DNA of 64,000 bases from Chlorokybus atmophyticus (taxonomy: Eukaryota; Plantae; Mesostigma and Chlorokybus algae): assembly GCA_009103225.1 (NCBI GenBank), contig RHPI01002503.1, positions 1,160,124-1,224,123 on the forward strand, read 5' to 3'. Every line of letters starts with the position of its first letter. Within the stretch, counting starts at the first letter, position 1. The notes beneath the pieces were generated by a model. That model was not told the origin of the DNA. It saw nothing but the letters and a program-made list of their open reading frames with translations, and did no database searches. Shown here piece after piece: positions 23,574 to 37,739 of the stretch. A program made the position numbers and the translations under genes.

Positions 23574-26500
23574 TTATAGTGTGTGCACACAGACGACATG
23601 CTCGGTCAAACGGTGTACCAGCGCATTGCTTATCAACATAGCTGTCATGTCTCTTATAACAGTCATTGCTATTGTCTCCGCCCGGCGCTTGACGGTGGCC
23701 TCTGTGCTGGAGAGTCTGTGCGGACTGCAACCCTTGAGGCTGTACCCGGTCGCGAACCCATTGATCCTGTTGATAAGTAAGACACCACCTATCACACCGC
23801 ATAACCGACTGCACAGTGCAAACACAACCACCAATATGCTCAACTGTGATGGGGGAAATAAATCACCATTACCTGCAGATGTTGGCGGCCGGCGGGCTTG
23901 TTGCTGTGCAGAGCCTCGTTCAAGGGGGGCACCCGGGGCCGCATGCCCATTTGCTTTGCTTGAAGTTCTGCCGCCTTTCTGGCCCGTGCCGGGCCGTGCA
24001 GCATGCAGATCCCCATTGGACATGGGCGTTTGTCCATTGTCTAACTTATACTCGGCAAAAACCGGCAAGTCTACATCTGCAATTACTTGCGCGGGTCCCG
24101 TGGATCTGCAGAACGGGCAGTGGTCTTGTTCTAGTACGGCGAGGTCGTACTCCTCCTGTTCAAAGAAGTGGTTGCAGTGGCTGCACAGGTGTATGCTGGC
24201 ATCAGGGTCCATGATGCGGAAGTACTGGTTGGGCAGCGCGCGAGAAGGCCACCGCAGCACAATGATCTCGTCCCTCGAGAAGGAAGCCAACATGGCGCGA
24301 TCAGCGGACACACGCTGGTTTTGGGTCATGAGCTGCTGCCTGAAAGGGTCCTCCATGTTCATGCCAAAGTCAGCTGCTTCATCCAACCGCAGCGTCTGCG
24401 CGTCCCCATGCTCTTCCTCTTGCCACCCGTGCGTGTTGCTTGTGCGCCTCGTGCCGATAGGCGCATCGGACTCAATCAATGCAACAGCCTCAGCATCGCT
24501 GATGTCCGGGTCCAGCACAAACTCCACGAGGGGTAAGTGGTCAAACGTGAGGAACGAGCGTTGGAACGCTTGCCCGCACGTCACACAGGCGTCGCCCTGA
24601 GTGCTTTGCAAGGGGTTCGTCGTGCCACACCGGTAGCAAACCGGCTGCAGGTCCTCTCGATTTGAGAACGGTTTACTCCTGATTGTAATGCTGGCCAAAT
24701 CAATCTGCTCTGCCCATGCTAGAGGCACCTTGAGAGCCTGCCATTGCAACGCAGCATTCAGCACTGCACCCAAAATGTGCAGCTTGCAAGGCATACAGCT
24801 ATGTAGACAGCTTTTGTAACCATATATGGGTGTGATATTGATCTTATGACATGTAGTTACAACGACCTTGTGAAGCCTCCAACTTCAATGACACTAGCAA
24901 CTGTGATAGCTTGAACCGTCAAGTTTATTCAACTACATCTTGCACATGTTCAGTAAATATGAGCCACATATTGCACATACGTGTGGGATGATTTTGGCCC
25001 CTTGCATTTCAGTGTACATTCACGATGTGTGCTCTCTTCAGTGACTGTGTGCACAACAAGCATACGCCTCCCTGTCTCAGTGTTGACCGACTTGGTTAAG
25101 TATACCTGAAGCTTGTCATAAGCGTGGCGAGCAAGCTTGTAGGCACCGAGCGCCTCTCCATGCTTGGCCAGGGCATAGTAGACGTAGGCGCGCGAAACGC
25201 CGGTCGGCACGTCATTTGTCATGCGGTTGAGCACGAACAGCGCCATCTGAAACAGCATCTCCGGCATGACTGTTCGGAACGGCTCGTCCGTGCATCGGTA
25301 AATGGAGTGATACGCAAAGTATATCTCTGCGTTGATGTAGTTTTTCAGGAAGGAATCAAGGGCCTGCTGGTCCAACTCTGAGAGGCTGGCTGGGCCCTCT
25401 GCTTGGATCATGCTCAAGCTCTCCATGCTTGCTACCCAACAGTAGTGCGCGGCGTCCTGGAAACGGTGCTCTATGATCGCATTCTCTGTCAGCTGCTGCA
25501 GCATGCGTTGCGACTCTTCCGGTCGCCCAGCTTTTCTGTATGCAACCCTTGCTTCATCAAAACGATCTTGAAGCCCAAGCCACTGCCGCGAGCAAGAATA
25601 AACTTGAGTGGATGACAACACTAACGGCAAGTGATACTCAAGGTATCTACTGTTTACAGTAGGAAAGTAGGTGGTATGCAGTCAATTACCTGAGCATACG
25701 GCAACTGAAGCTCCGTCCCATACTGAGGATGTGCTTTGACTAGCAAGAATGCATCATCCCACTTTTGGTTCTCGACGTACAGCGCAAGAAGCCCTTGCAC
25801 ATCGCCAATCTGCACGCCATGCAGCTTATGATGACCACAGCATAGGCACAGTGCGTGATGCATGGCAATGAAGCATTGCTTTTGCAGTGGTACGCTGGCG
25901 CTTTTGGCACAAAGCGCACCTTGAGGTATGCCTCCTTGGCATAGTTCATTTGGCCAGCCTTTTTGAGGTAGTGCGCACACATGGTGATGGCCTTGACCTC
26001 GGTTTTATCTACACTTCGCATGACCTGCAGCCATTCACAGCAAACAAGGTGAGCAGTCGCACACAAAGTACAGAGCACAATGTACTGTAGTATGTGCTGC
26101 ATCATTTGCAAGGAGGGAAAGGTGCAAATGAACCAATGGCACACCTCCAAGAGCTTGTCGGTCCACGCATTGCTGCCAATGATCTGCACTGCCCGCTCGT
26201 ACTTCTTTGCTTTGAGGTACATCTCTGCTGCTGACTCGTAGTCATTAACCTCCTCTGACCACTCAGCCTGGACAACGGGAGATCAAAACCATGCATCAGC
26301 ACTCTTGTGAGTGTGACCAAACTGGCCGACAACACACAATCAAAAGGCTGTCTCTCTCTGACCTGCTTCTGAATTAGCTCCTGCACTTGTAATGTGCCAG
26401 CACCTGCATCGGTGTCCGCGGAGCCCCTTTCGCGAGCATGTTCATCGGCCCATGCTCGGGCTTCATCAAACATGCGGAGGTCCGCAAACATCTCCATAGC

Positions 26501-29500
26501 CTTCTCAACTTGACCGCTGGACGCATACAGCTTGGCTGCTTCTTGGTACTTGCCCTGTACAGTGCAAGTGTTAACAATGCATCAAAGATTTGAGTTGGGC
26601 ACCTTGTCGCTGATTGTACAACATCAGCGGATGCAACCCTCATCAACAGCCTACCTGGTAGGCGCATATCTCAGCCAAGAATGGTGCATCAGACCCGCTT
26701 GGCCGCAGCCGCCTCGCCTGCTCGATGCGGTTAAGCAGCTCCACATATCGCACATCACGAATGCGTATGAAGGCTTTGCGTGCCACCTCCAAGTTCATGT
26801 TCTGCGGGTTGCAAAAGCATTGAGAACTAATACAATAAACATGGTGCTTTTATTATAATACTGGTTCCCATACGCCTGTACCACTAATCAGCATTTGTGC
26901 TCACTTGTAGTGCTTCCATGGCCAATGCGCGCCAGTCTGTATCAGTGACACCCAAGCAGGCCACTTGATAAGCATTGGAGAAATCTTTGCGGTCAATGTA
27001 GCGATGAAGACTGGCTGACTGAGGGACATCAATCGTCTCCATGCAAACATAATGCAAGCAAAAAATCTTCGATCGCTTGAAACCAACGACGAAGCCCTGA
27101 GACACCAAGTTCACATTGGAACTCTGGAGCACGTGGTACAAGTAATGACAGCATTGAGGAGTTGAGTGCCACCATGGATGCAAAGACATTGCAACAACAT
27201 GAGTCCTGTGAGGTAGTTGTATGCATGCTGTACAAGTGCCGTGTACAAACCTGCAGCTTCTGCTGATGGATTGGGAAGTCCCCAGTCTTGATGGAGAGCA
27301 TGCCATTGCCAGAAAAGCAGAACATGTCCTCCATCTCCGTGTTCCACGACACGCTGCAGAATAAGACCATCAGTTTTAGTGCATGGCCTTTAGGAACACT
27401 GGGGATGAGTCCATGTTTTTTACATCGGTCACATAAACTACATCGGTCATAAGCAAAAGCAGTAGGACTACCTGTTTGCATTTTTCTCCTCAAGCAGCAG
27501 TTCCTTGGTGGTCAGACTGTACACGACAACATTGGTGTTCTCATCAACGACCGCCAATTTCTTGCGGGATGCGCTGAGGTCCAAGCAGCGAATGGAAGCC
27601 GTGTGCTTGATGAGCGGGATGGGAAACGGGTTGTCAATGAAGATCTTCACGATGTTGCCGTTCTTTAGCCCAACAAGCAGACCCTCTTTGCCAGCAGGTC
27701 CGCCAACAACCTGCACAAAGCAGATGTGAGTCATGCTCCGGCTGTAACGCTTCTCACGGTGACAGCCATTTCTCAAGTAGATACATGCTCACAGACACAA
27801 TCAGCATCGAGATATCAGAGTTGAGCTTACCTTTATGTACCGGATGATGGACTCCAACATCCATTCGCGCTCCTTCTGACCGTGAAAGTCCAGAAGCTGC
27901 AGTCGCTTCTCTTGGCATAGTACCATGTGATGGGACGTGACTACGAGCAGATTGCAGTCGAGCTGCTTTTGCACCTTGGTGCTGATCTTGTACTGCAGGT
28001 CTGTTGGGTCATCTGGTTGCGCCAATGCATAGATGACTACTCTGTCTGGCAGCTGCATTGCGAGCCTATCCTTGTAGACAGAAATCTTTTTGACATAGTC
28101 TTTGCACTTGATGCGCACCTATCACCCGATTGTACAGCCAGCCAGTCGGAAAAAATACACAACAAAGGTTGTTCACGCAATAGTACAAACACATGCACAC
28201 ATACCTGCTGCTCTGTTATCAGATGCTGGATAACGACATCTGTCATGAAGTCCCGGTAAGCATATCTATCTTGATACAAGCCGTGAACCGTGCTGAAGAT
28301 GAGCTGGTAGACAGCAATAGTGCCATCATTGCAGCCCACAGCAATGAAGTTGTGCTGAGGCCTTGGCCTACAACACCAGACCCAGTCATCCCTCTCGCAA
28401 ACAGTCGTCAATTTTGTGCCTTCCTTGGTCACCAAAGAAACCTACAAAAGAATGGCACCTGTCAGCAAGTTGTTGCACTCTGTTGACATGTAGCAACCAC
28501 AGTAGCGTACATATTCCAGACTGAGCTAAGGTTTACACATCAAGAGTACAGTTTGCCACTACTTCACTGTAATGTATAGTAAATCTCAGATTCACAAGTA
28601 CATGAACATCAGTGCAACGGAAGCAGTTGTTAGCACTGCAAACAAACTCGACATCATACTTGCACAGGTGCAGCATGCGTGAATTCTGTGACACGGATGT
28701 CAAGTTGCAGACAGAATGCCCACGCTTCTTATTACAGTAGTACCTTGCGATCGGTTCCACCAACACACAGGTACTCGCCATTGCTGAAATAGGACACGCA
28801 GCACGGGTCACCGTCAATAGGCTTGTCTTTGCCCACTTGACTGCCATTCAGCCTGTAAAACGCAAGGTTTCCATCCCAGCAGCCAACAGCCAGCACGTCA
28901 TTGGCCTCATCTGCTGCGGGATTCCATTGCACCGTCCAGACCGGCGAGTTCCTCTCAATGAGGACCTTCTCAGTGCCGACTTTGTCCCGCACACTAATCT
29001 GCCCGCTGTAATGCCCCAACGCTAAGAACTGTCCATCGTTGGTCCATGCTGCACACAAGATCTGACATGCACGTTCTTGGTGAGTCTTGTCATGCCATCC
29101 CATGCAAAGGTAATCGCAGTTATGAGAGGTTCATGCATTGTTTGGGACACACTGTTGAGGGTGATGTAAGCCACATTAGGATGGGCACTAGGCTGGTCAG
29201 AAGCAAACAACATGTAGTGAATGGATCGCAACTAGCTGTCGGCTAGAGTATTGGTGCTAAAACTCACCTTCGAGGAGACTTTGTGCTTGGCAACCGACTT
29301 CTGTTCGGGCAGCCACAGCCCGAAATCGGTCGCAGTGGCACTGATGAGCTGCACGAAGAAAAACTCATTAGAGACAGTGCACACAAGTGCGTGCGCCTTA
29401 CCAGCTGTTCACAGCGCTTGCCTGCTGATTGACAGGGTTGTAGGCAAGACATTGTATGGAGTCATTGTGACTGTACTTCAAGATGCCCTCCGCCTGCACA

Positions 29501-30641
29501 GTCACAGAAGGGTTTATTATCACACACGACAAAGTGCATGAGTTGAGTATAACAACAGCGCCGCTTGCATGCAGATGGCAGGCTGCTGCGATGAAGGTTA
29601 CAAGCTGCCTACCTTGCTGGTCCATATGATAATGGTCTTGTCAGCTCCACCTGAGGCAAAGCGCTTCCCATCCTTCGAGTATGCCACGCAGTAAACTGTG
29701 TCTTTGTGACCTGCATGCAAGCAACGCAGTTACCAAAGTCAAGCACAAAGCGCCTGTTTCTTTCATAGCGACAATCAGTGCACTTCGAATGGAAGCTTGC
29801 TGTTATAACTTCTCTTGACATGACCATGTAAATCAATCGTAGTACCTTTAAGAGAATGCAGCAAGTCACCATCAGCAGCGTCGTACACCAGTACACGGCT
29901 CCCCACAGCCGCCACAAGTTGTGTACCATCTGCAACACTGTGTCAACAATGGATGCAGCAAGGAGTGTCCTGACACCAGGCTCACAGATGCTACCGTTTG
30001 ACAACCACAACCTTAATCTGCATGCAACAGGATGCACGATGTGCCAACAACTGCATACATGCATGCACACTTGCCAGTTGCACACTCACCTGGGCGAAAT
30101 GCAATGTCGTAACACACACTCTTCACGCCATCACGATCTGGCTGCACACATGACGAGCAAGTTATGACAACTCGGTGCTGCAAAACAACGCAATGCAACA
30201 AACACAACAAGAAAACAGATCACCAATGTCACGACAAGCAGAGGTTAAGAGCACATCAATGATGGTGCTGCACAGCCACCACATCCTGTCATGGTGTGTT
30301 CATGTGATACCGCACAAAGAACTCTTGTGAACTGTACTGCAAGCAGTTGGCTGCACGCAAGCCCCGCACACCACTATACGAGCTGCATCAAATCCATTGC
30401 ACAGCATCATTGCACGACAGCAGGACCAACAAGCCTAGCCACTCTTGACTGTGCAGCTAATGAGTTTGAGTGCGTGCGGACACAACAAAGTGCACAACTC
30501 TGCATGCGTTCGGCCAAGACTGTGTGCGTGACTCTGTGGACCGTCGTGGCACAAGCTATGGTCATGAGCATAGACTGGATAGTAGCAAGCTGATGTAAAA
30601 TAGCTTACCACTTGGTCGGACCAAGCAATCACCGCCCTCAT
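23574..30641 (-). CDS. IFT122: Intraflagellar transport protein 122 (WD40/TPR, IFT-A core)
   Basis: [83 protein letters not shown]-terminal [12 protein letters not shown]. The last exon is uncertain. Confidence 0.96.
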
Positions 30642-31476
30642 CGCTTACGCCGGCTGAGGCCGGCCTCGGCTACGGGCACCCAGCCTTGCAACCTCATCAT
30701 CCCATCAAGCCAGCAGCAGTAACCAGACACACCGCAGCTGCCTGATCAGGCCAGGCATTGCCGTGCTCACCCTAACCGAATTCACCTAACACCCCCGCTC
30801 CAGACCAGCGTCAGCGACGAAAGCAGTGTTGGAGTGGCCTCCAAACCGTTGTCCTCCTCCTGCTCCGCCTCCCCCTCCGCCGCCTGCGTCGCCGCAGCTT
30901 CCGCCTTCCCCTGCGCACCGCCGCTTCGGCGCAGTTAGTTGCCAAATATGCTTATAAAGTCGTGTCTAGACACGACATGTCCTAAAGACCTTTGAAACCT
31001 AACGCAGCCGGCTCGCTTATCGTTTGCCACATTGCATCATACAAGGTGCATGACACACGCGGGAGTGCACACTGTCAGTATCATTATAGCAAGGGCTCAT
31101 CGGGCGAGACCCAATTTTATTAACAGTGTTTAATGCTATATTAGGCACGGACCACAACTGGTCCGTTAGCTTGTGGCGGGACGGGCGTGGGCGGCGGTCG
31201 TGGCAGTGGCGGCGTTGGAAGTGGTGGTGTCGTCGTTGTTTTATCCAATTCAATTTACTAGTGGAGGAGAGTCGTCGTTGTCACTTGGTGTGTGGCCAAG
31301 CTTGAGCTGGGCGTGGAAACGGCGAAGCTGCTGCCTGTGGGTGTGTGGCTTTGTCGGGCTGCAGTAGAGGGCTAGCAGGCTGGTAGAACCAAACTTCAAA
31401 ACTGTAGCAGTGTTGTGAGAAAATGTAACTGCTGGGTGTTTCTGCTGTGGGGGACGCGTCCACGGCACCACGCACC

Positions 31477-34400
31477 ATGGCCTGGTGAGCGCTCTTAAAA
31501 AGCAGTGCTGCAGGTTGCTTCAGCTGTTAAGCTTACACTAAAAAATTGACCTCATCATGAGGGGTCAAGTAATGCCTCATGTATGGCTGACGGAATGCTG
31601 TCGTGAGCGCTATGTTACTATGTGGGGTATGCTTTTCGTGCCATCACCCAACACTAAAGTCAATCTCGTGTAATTACTACTACTACATGCCGCAATGCTA
31701 CTACTAGCAGTATTGCGGCATGCCCGCAGGCTTGACAAGTCAAAGAAGCAGCGTACAAGGGGCAACAGCATGCATCACACGCACAGTAGCGCGTAATTAC
31801 CCCTAGCAAGTTGAGTAATGGTTATCGCCATTCATTGCGTCTGAGCATCAGCTGCAAGTATCGCTTGAATAGTCCACTTGCTATGGCACGCCTTGAAGAC
31901 TTTTGCTAGCTTTCTTGTAGTTTGCTGAGAATAGTTTTGCTACGCAAAATCGCTTGCCATATTGGGACTTGTTCACTAGCGTTTGACCTTGAAAGATGCC
32001 ATATCTCTAGTGCTTTGTTGTCTAAGTTGCAAGCTTATACTATGGCACAAGTTTTGTCATGCAATAACTGTGTTAACACATGACAGCCGCTCATGACACC
32101 ACGCATACTGCTGGAGCAGTGACAGAAGGAGGGCCACCATGCCTCTAGCCCATCAGTCCTCTGGGTAGGTTCATGCTGATTGCATGGAGCAATTCCATAT
32201 GTGTTTTGATGTAGCCAAGCCCGTGATCCATGTCTTTCTCCAACTTGTGACACTTGCATTGTTTCAGGCGTGGCTACGGGAAAACAGCTAGCCCACTACA
32301 GCTGACACTTCTGAAGGGGCTGAGTGCTATGAAAGGCTGTCCAACTCATCCGACACCACGACGCCAGCTCAACTTTGAGTCTCAGGTACACTTGCACAGT
32401 CCATGCTTGCAAGCGACAGTGTGCGCTTGTCATGTAGCTCAGTGTTGACATGCGCGTAGGCAGCACCTCCTTTGCCGCAGCCGGAGATTGAAGCTGCAAA
32501 TGAGACCAAAGCAAAGCGGCCTTCAACAGGGGACCCATCCAAGCAGGAAGCCAAGAAGACACCGCTTGTCAAAGCAAAGAGAGCCAACTCACCAGCACAC
32601 AGTGACAAGGACGATGATAGTGTTGCAGCCAGAGGTCCCGCCTCGGATACACTGAGCCTGCTGCAGCAAGTGGAGGCGCTGCAGAAAGACCTCGACTTGC
32701 ACATGCAGGTTTGTTCAGCACTTGTCATGCTGTGATACAACGGCTGCACTTGCATTTGCAACTCCTTTACTCAAAGCGGGTCCTTCCCAGGGTGAAGCAC
32801 GCTTGCAAAATATAAACTTGCAGTTACGAGAGCGTCTAGAGCTGTTCCAGAAGCAGAACCATGAGAATGTGGAGAGGGCGGAAGCAGAGCTGACCAACCT
32901 TCACAGGCACATGGACGCTGCACTTGAAGTTCAGGTGTGCTTTATGCTTGTGCTTGAAGGGTCAAGTTCAATTGAGATTTGCGGTTGGCAAACTGCTTGG
33001 TTTGTCCACGTGTTGGGCGAGAGTTGATGTGTGTCTTGGAATAAGTGCAGCGCCAGCTAGCCGACAAAGCCGATCAGCTGGAGAGGCAGAAGGCTGCTGT
33101 GGCTGGAGACTTGCAGCAGCGCACTATGCAGTGGGAACACGAGCGCATGGATTGGGAGCGTCGTGTGAAACTTACAGAAGAGGAGGCTCTCTTGCGGGGT
33201 CAAGAGTCTGTCGCATCAAAGCTGGCAGCGCTTGAGGTCTCTTTGCACAGTCCATGGGGCGATGCTTGCATCTAAACAGCAGATGTTAACATGCGTGTTG
33301 TTGTTTGTGGCTGCAGGCTGAAAATAGAGCAGCACGAGCTGAAGAACAAAGGGTCCGCGAGCAAGTGGCCAAGCTTGAAGTCAAAGCGGAGCAGGCACAA
33401 AAGGCAGCAGCAGAGTACAGTGCAGAGCTCACCAGGATGGTTGAGGAGGTTCGTGCCTTGCATGTTCAGCCTTTTGTGCATGTCATACTTGTTGAGTGAG
33501 ACCTAAACAACTTTCAATTGCTGCGGTTTCTCAGACAGCACGGCAAGAGCGCATTTCCAGAAGTGTTCAGCGTATTGGCGAGCGCTCCGTGCAGAGACGC
33601 AATCTGCTGAGATGGCGTGCAACAGTGCTGCTGCAGAAGCGCAGGGCTTGTTCAAAGCTGAAAGCACACGAATTCTTGAGACATCGCTCCAAGCGACGGA
33701 CGCTGCAGACGCTATCTATAGCTGCTGCTCGCTCCCGACGATTGCATTACCTGCATAAAGTGTGCAGCTTGCGACGCTCTCATACTTGCTGGCAAGCCTG
33801 GAAACTGCATCTCATGGTTCAAAGGCGATACCGGGAAGCCGTCTCAAGGTGCGTGTACATTTTGAGACATATGCAGTGTGCCTGTGTGGTTCACCAAGTA
33901 CACCATGATGGCGATAAAGGCAAAGTCACAAAATGCAACTTATGCAGGCGTCGACAGGACATGCTGCAGCGCGGTCAGCGCAGGTGGCGTGCGTATGTGG
34001 TGCTGCGCCGTTTGTCAGCTGCAAAGCGAGCTGCAGCCTTTCAACGTTCAGCACATTTGCAGTTGAAGCGCTGTTGGCGGACGTGGCGCGCATTTACTTC
34101 GCAGCGGCGCTATGCCCCGTCAGAGCTAGCCAGTCAACTCCAGCGAGCCTACAACCACCACGAACGCTTTACAAAGAAACTGGTACATTACCAACCAGAG
34201 CTGTATCAGAGTATATATGTCAATCCATAGCTAAATGGTCATGCGCAACGCAGTTGATTCATAGCTGGAGGTGGTGGCTGCACAATGTGGCAAGGCCAAG
34301 AACCGGTCGGCACGTCTACTGCGAGCGCATATATGCCCACAATACCCTCAGGCAGGCTCTTGCGCACTGGAGGTTGTACAGAAAACAACATGAGGTGTGT

Positions 34401-37400
34401 AGTCAAGGTCAATATGGCTTACCAAAGGTGGTCACGATGTATGGATACATCCAATGACTGGTTGCCATGCAGGTTTTGCAACGGCAGAAACGACTGGCAA
34501 AGTGTTTGGCTGCCAGGATACGCATGCGACATGCTTTCAAATCTTGGACAGCAGTTCTGCAAGCGAAACGCCAACATAGAATTGCGTGCAAGGATGCAGT
34601 CATGTGGTTCCTGCGGAGGCGCTTCATGTGCTGGCGCAATGAAGCCCATGGAATGCGTCTTGAAAAGCAGCAAGTCGCCAGGGGTGCTCAGGTCAGCATT
34701 CAGATTGGCCGGCTAAGGCTTTCGGCTGAGTATCAACTTGCTGAACAACTTATACTCCGCTGAAAGCCTTAGCAGCATCGTGTATGTTGGCATGGTTGTC
34801 ATATCTTCATCGTGTAAAACAAGCTCTTTCCTTGTGTAGTGTTGTTTACGGCTGGTGCAACGGCGCGTGTTTGAGAGCTGGCATGCCTGGGCATATGATT
34901 CGAGGCGGCGTCATGACAAGAAGCAACTGGCGCACGACCACTGTGTGAAAATGACAAAGGCGCGATACTGGGACAGCTGGCGCGAGCATGTGCAGCAATG
35001 CAAGGCTGTGCGAGAGGCGATTGCTGATCACAATGTGCTCACCATCAAGTGGGGCTTCCAGCGCTGGCGAGCATACCATCGGTATGTTGTTATGCTTATG
35101 TAAAATCTGGACTGTAGGCCCAGAATGCTACCCCTGCTGACTCTACTCATATCACAGACGGTGTGGCAACGTGAAGAAGTTTATGCGCCGTTCTGTTGTC
35201 CACTTCCAACGTGTTGAGAGGCAGCGCATGCGCGATGCTTTGCAGGTGTGTGCCGCATATCATTGTGAGAGTTTCACGTAGCGATTATGTTACCCCTGAT
35301 AGTCAACCCACATTTGCGTTGTACGGCAGGTTTGGTGCCATGTTACATCTCGTAACAAGCGTGTCAGACTGCTCAATGTAATGCTGTGCCGACGAATGCA
35401 ACATCTCTGGAAGAGGCGTTGTTTTGAGATGTGGGTTCACGTTCTGCATACACGAGACCGCGAGGCCTTTGCTGCCCTCAAGACTACACACACAGGTGGC
35501 TGGCTTTATGTCATGCTACAATGGTGACATGTACAACATTGAAGTTGCAGCTCCAACTGATCGCAATTGTCTGCTCAGAACTGCAAGTCCAGAATGAACG
35601 GCACATGGAGCGCATAGCGGAGCTCGATCTCGACAGCGTGCAGTTTGTGGATCGAATACAGGTTTGCTGCTGATGAATGCATGGTTGGAGGACATTTGAG
35701 CCTGAAGCAATATTGCTAATGTGGCCCCCGCATCTGCAGGAGATGGCATCAGAGCTAGCAGCTCTGAGACAGGAGGTGTCCGAGCATGCCAGGCGCGCAT
35801 TGCAGCAGGAGCGCGCCGCTGAGGAGAGCTCTTTGGTTGAAGGCTCGTTGCGCAGCGAGCTTCAGGCCGCTCGCATTGCGTTGCAGGATCGCGCAGAGGA
35901 CATCGCGCGTCTTCAGGTAAGACTCGTGGCAGCTTGCATCTGGCATAGTATGACGGTTGAGACAACAGGCATGTACTGTGGTTCAACAGTGTACTGAGGC
36001 TGATTGTGTGTATGTTGGTGTCCAGGCGGAGCTGAGAGAAAAGCAAGACGAAGGAACCGGCGTTGCGGTGGGCCAGGCCATGGAAAGGCAGCGCAACGAC
36101 ACTTACATAAAGTCCCTCACAACCGAGCTCTCCAGCAAGCAGGCCATGCTTGAGTCTTGCGAGGAGGTGAGTTTCACATGAGTAAGCAAGTTGTAGTTCG
36201 GGTGTTGTGTAACATGAAACAGATCAATATATTCCTTGCGCTGCAGGCACTGCGAGACACGGCAGAGAGGCTTGAAACTGCAGCCGGACAATCTCAGGAA
36301 AAGCTTGCGGGGGCGTTTGAGATTGCAGCTTCATTGCGACAGATGCTTGAGGAGCGGCAGAATGCGTTGAATGCGGTCGCTGTGGAGCGTGATGCAGCCT
36401 TGAAGGCAAGTTGTACTGCATGACACAATATGCATGTCTGGTTGAGTTTAAACATACATGGGAGCACAGCGGCTTACAACATCTGTACGCATGATCAGGC
36501 TTCTCGTGACGCTCAGCGACAGGCAACTGCCGCCATGGAGGCCATGCAGGCCGCCGTGGAGTCCCGCGATCATCGAATAACTGAGCTGGAGCAGGCGACG
36601 GCTCAGACGCAGAATGACCTGCAGGCAGCACAAGCCAAGGTGCGATTTGCCAATATTGCGTGAAGCTATTTGCCACACACATACTCGCGCCGTATTAATT
36701 AAACACATTATGCTAGTTACATCGCCCATGCACTTCATAACATCTGAAATAACAGGTGCAAGAAGCGGCAGTGGCTCTGGACAGAAAGAATGGCAACATT
36801 CGCAGACTCGAGTACGAGCTTCAGCTTGTAACGGACCGCGAGCAGAGGCGCACAGACTCCTTGATAACAAGTTTCAAGGCCTCCGAGTGGGCTTCAACTG
36901 ACATCAGGCATGCATACGTTTGTGTTGCTGCGTGCTGCAGCCAAACCAGCATCATGAGCCTGTATGCTGTGTGCGAGGATAATGTGTTCATCAAGCTTGT
37001 TGTTGTGAGCAGGTTTGAAGTGATTCCGCCTGCGGTGGACCTACCCACAGCTACACCTGCAGCGCAACATGGAGGAAGTGAAACATCCACTCCAGAAGTC
37101 ACTCTAAGCAATCATTCGGTCACCGTTCCAATCCAGTCTACACTTGCACAGCAGCACCAACAGCAACACCACCAACCACAACATACACAAGCACATACAC
37201 AAGCACAAGCACAGCCACAGCACTCGCTCCCACAACAACAGCACAGGACACCCCAGCCTCGGCAGCAGCAGCCGACGTATAAGTCCACACATGCGCTCTT
37301 TGAAGCCGCCACATCAATGCCCTCATCTCCTTTGCGTACACCTGCCGCATATATACACACGCCTCCTTTGCGGGGTCGCTCGTCCAGCCAACCGCAGGAA

Positions 37401-37678
37401 GCGCGCTCTCACTCGCGCACAGAGTCTGTCGCATCGCACGCGTCTTCTGCCGACACCCACAGCTGGCGAGAGGTGCGCAGTAGTTTATTTTTTCATGGAC
37501 TTACACCCACAGCAAGTGAATCTGATGTTGTGTCATTTGTTGAGTGCAGGTAATCAGCCAGGACACTGCGGAAGTGGCAGACTTGCATGAGGAGATTCAA
37601 AGACTGCAGCAGCGTATCATGCAGCGACTTCAGGATAGCCCCGAGTCAGCTCCACAGGAGCAGGGGCTTGTTCAATGA
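31477..37678 (+). CDS. Coiled-coil protein with SFI1-like (centrin-binding) repeats, probable basal-body/centriole protein
   Basis: Micro-exon ATGGCCTG|gtgag is in phase with the exon at 32268. Coiled-coil exons flank many A..H....L...F..W(R/K)-type repeats (RRWRAY, KRCWRTWR, ALAHWRLY, HAFKSW, RFMCWR, VFESWH, YWDSWR, GFQRWR). Last exon VISQD..GLVQ-TGA ends at 37678. Confidence 0.7.
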
Positions 37679-37739
37679 CACATGGTGCACATGGTGGCCA
37701 TTAGCAAGTGAAGCAAGTAGTTAGAGTATTACAAGTGTA

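Noticed and set aside
31173-31367. Upstream ORF as the start of the SFI1-like gene
   Set aside because: It is closed by a stop; the ATG at 31477 with a gtgag donor gives an in-phase junction to 32268
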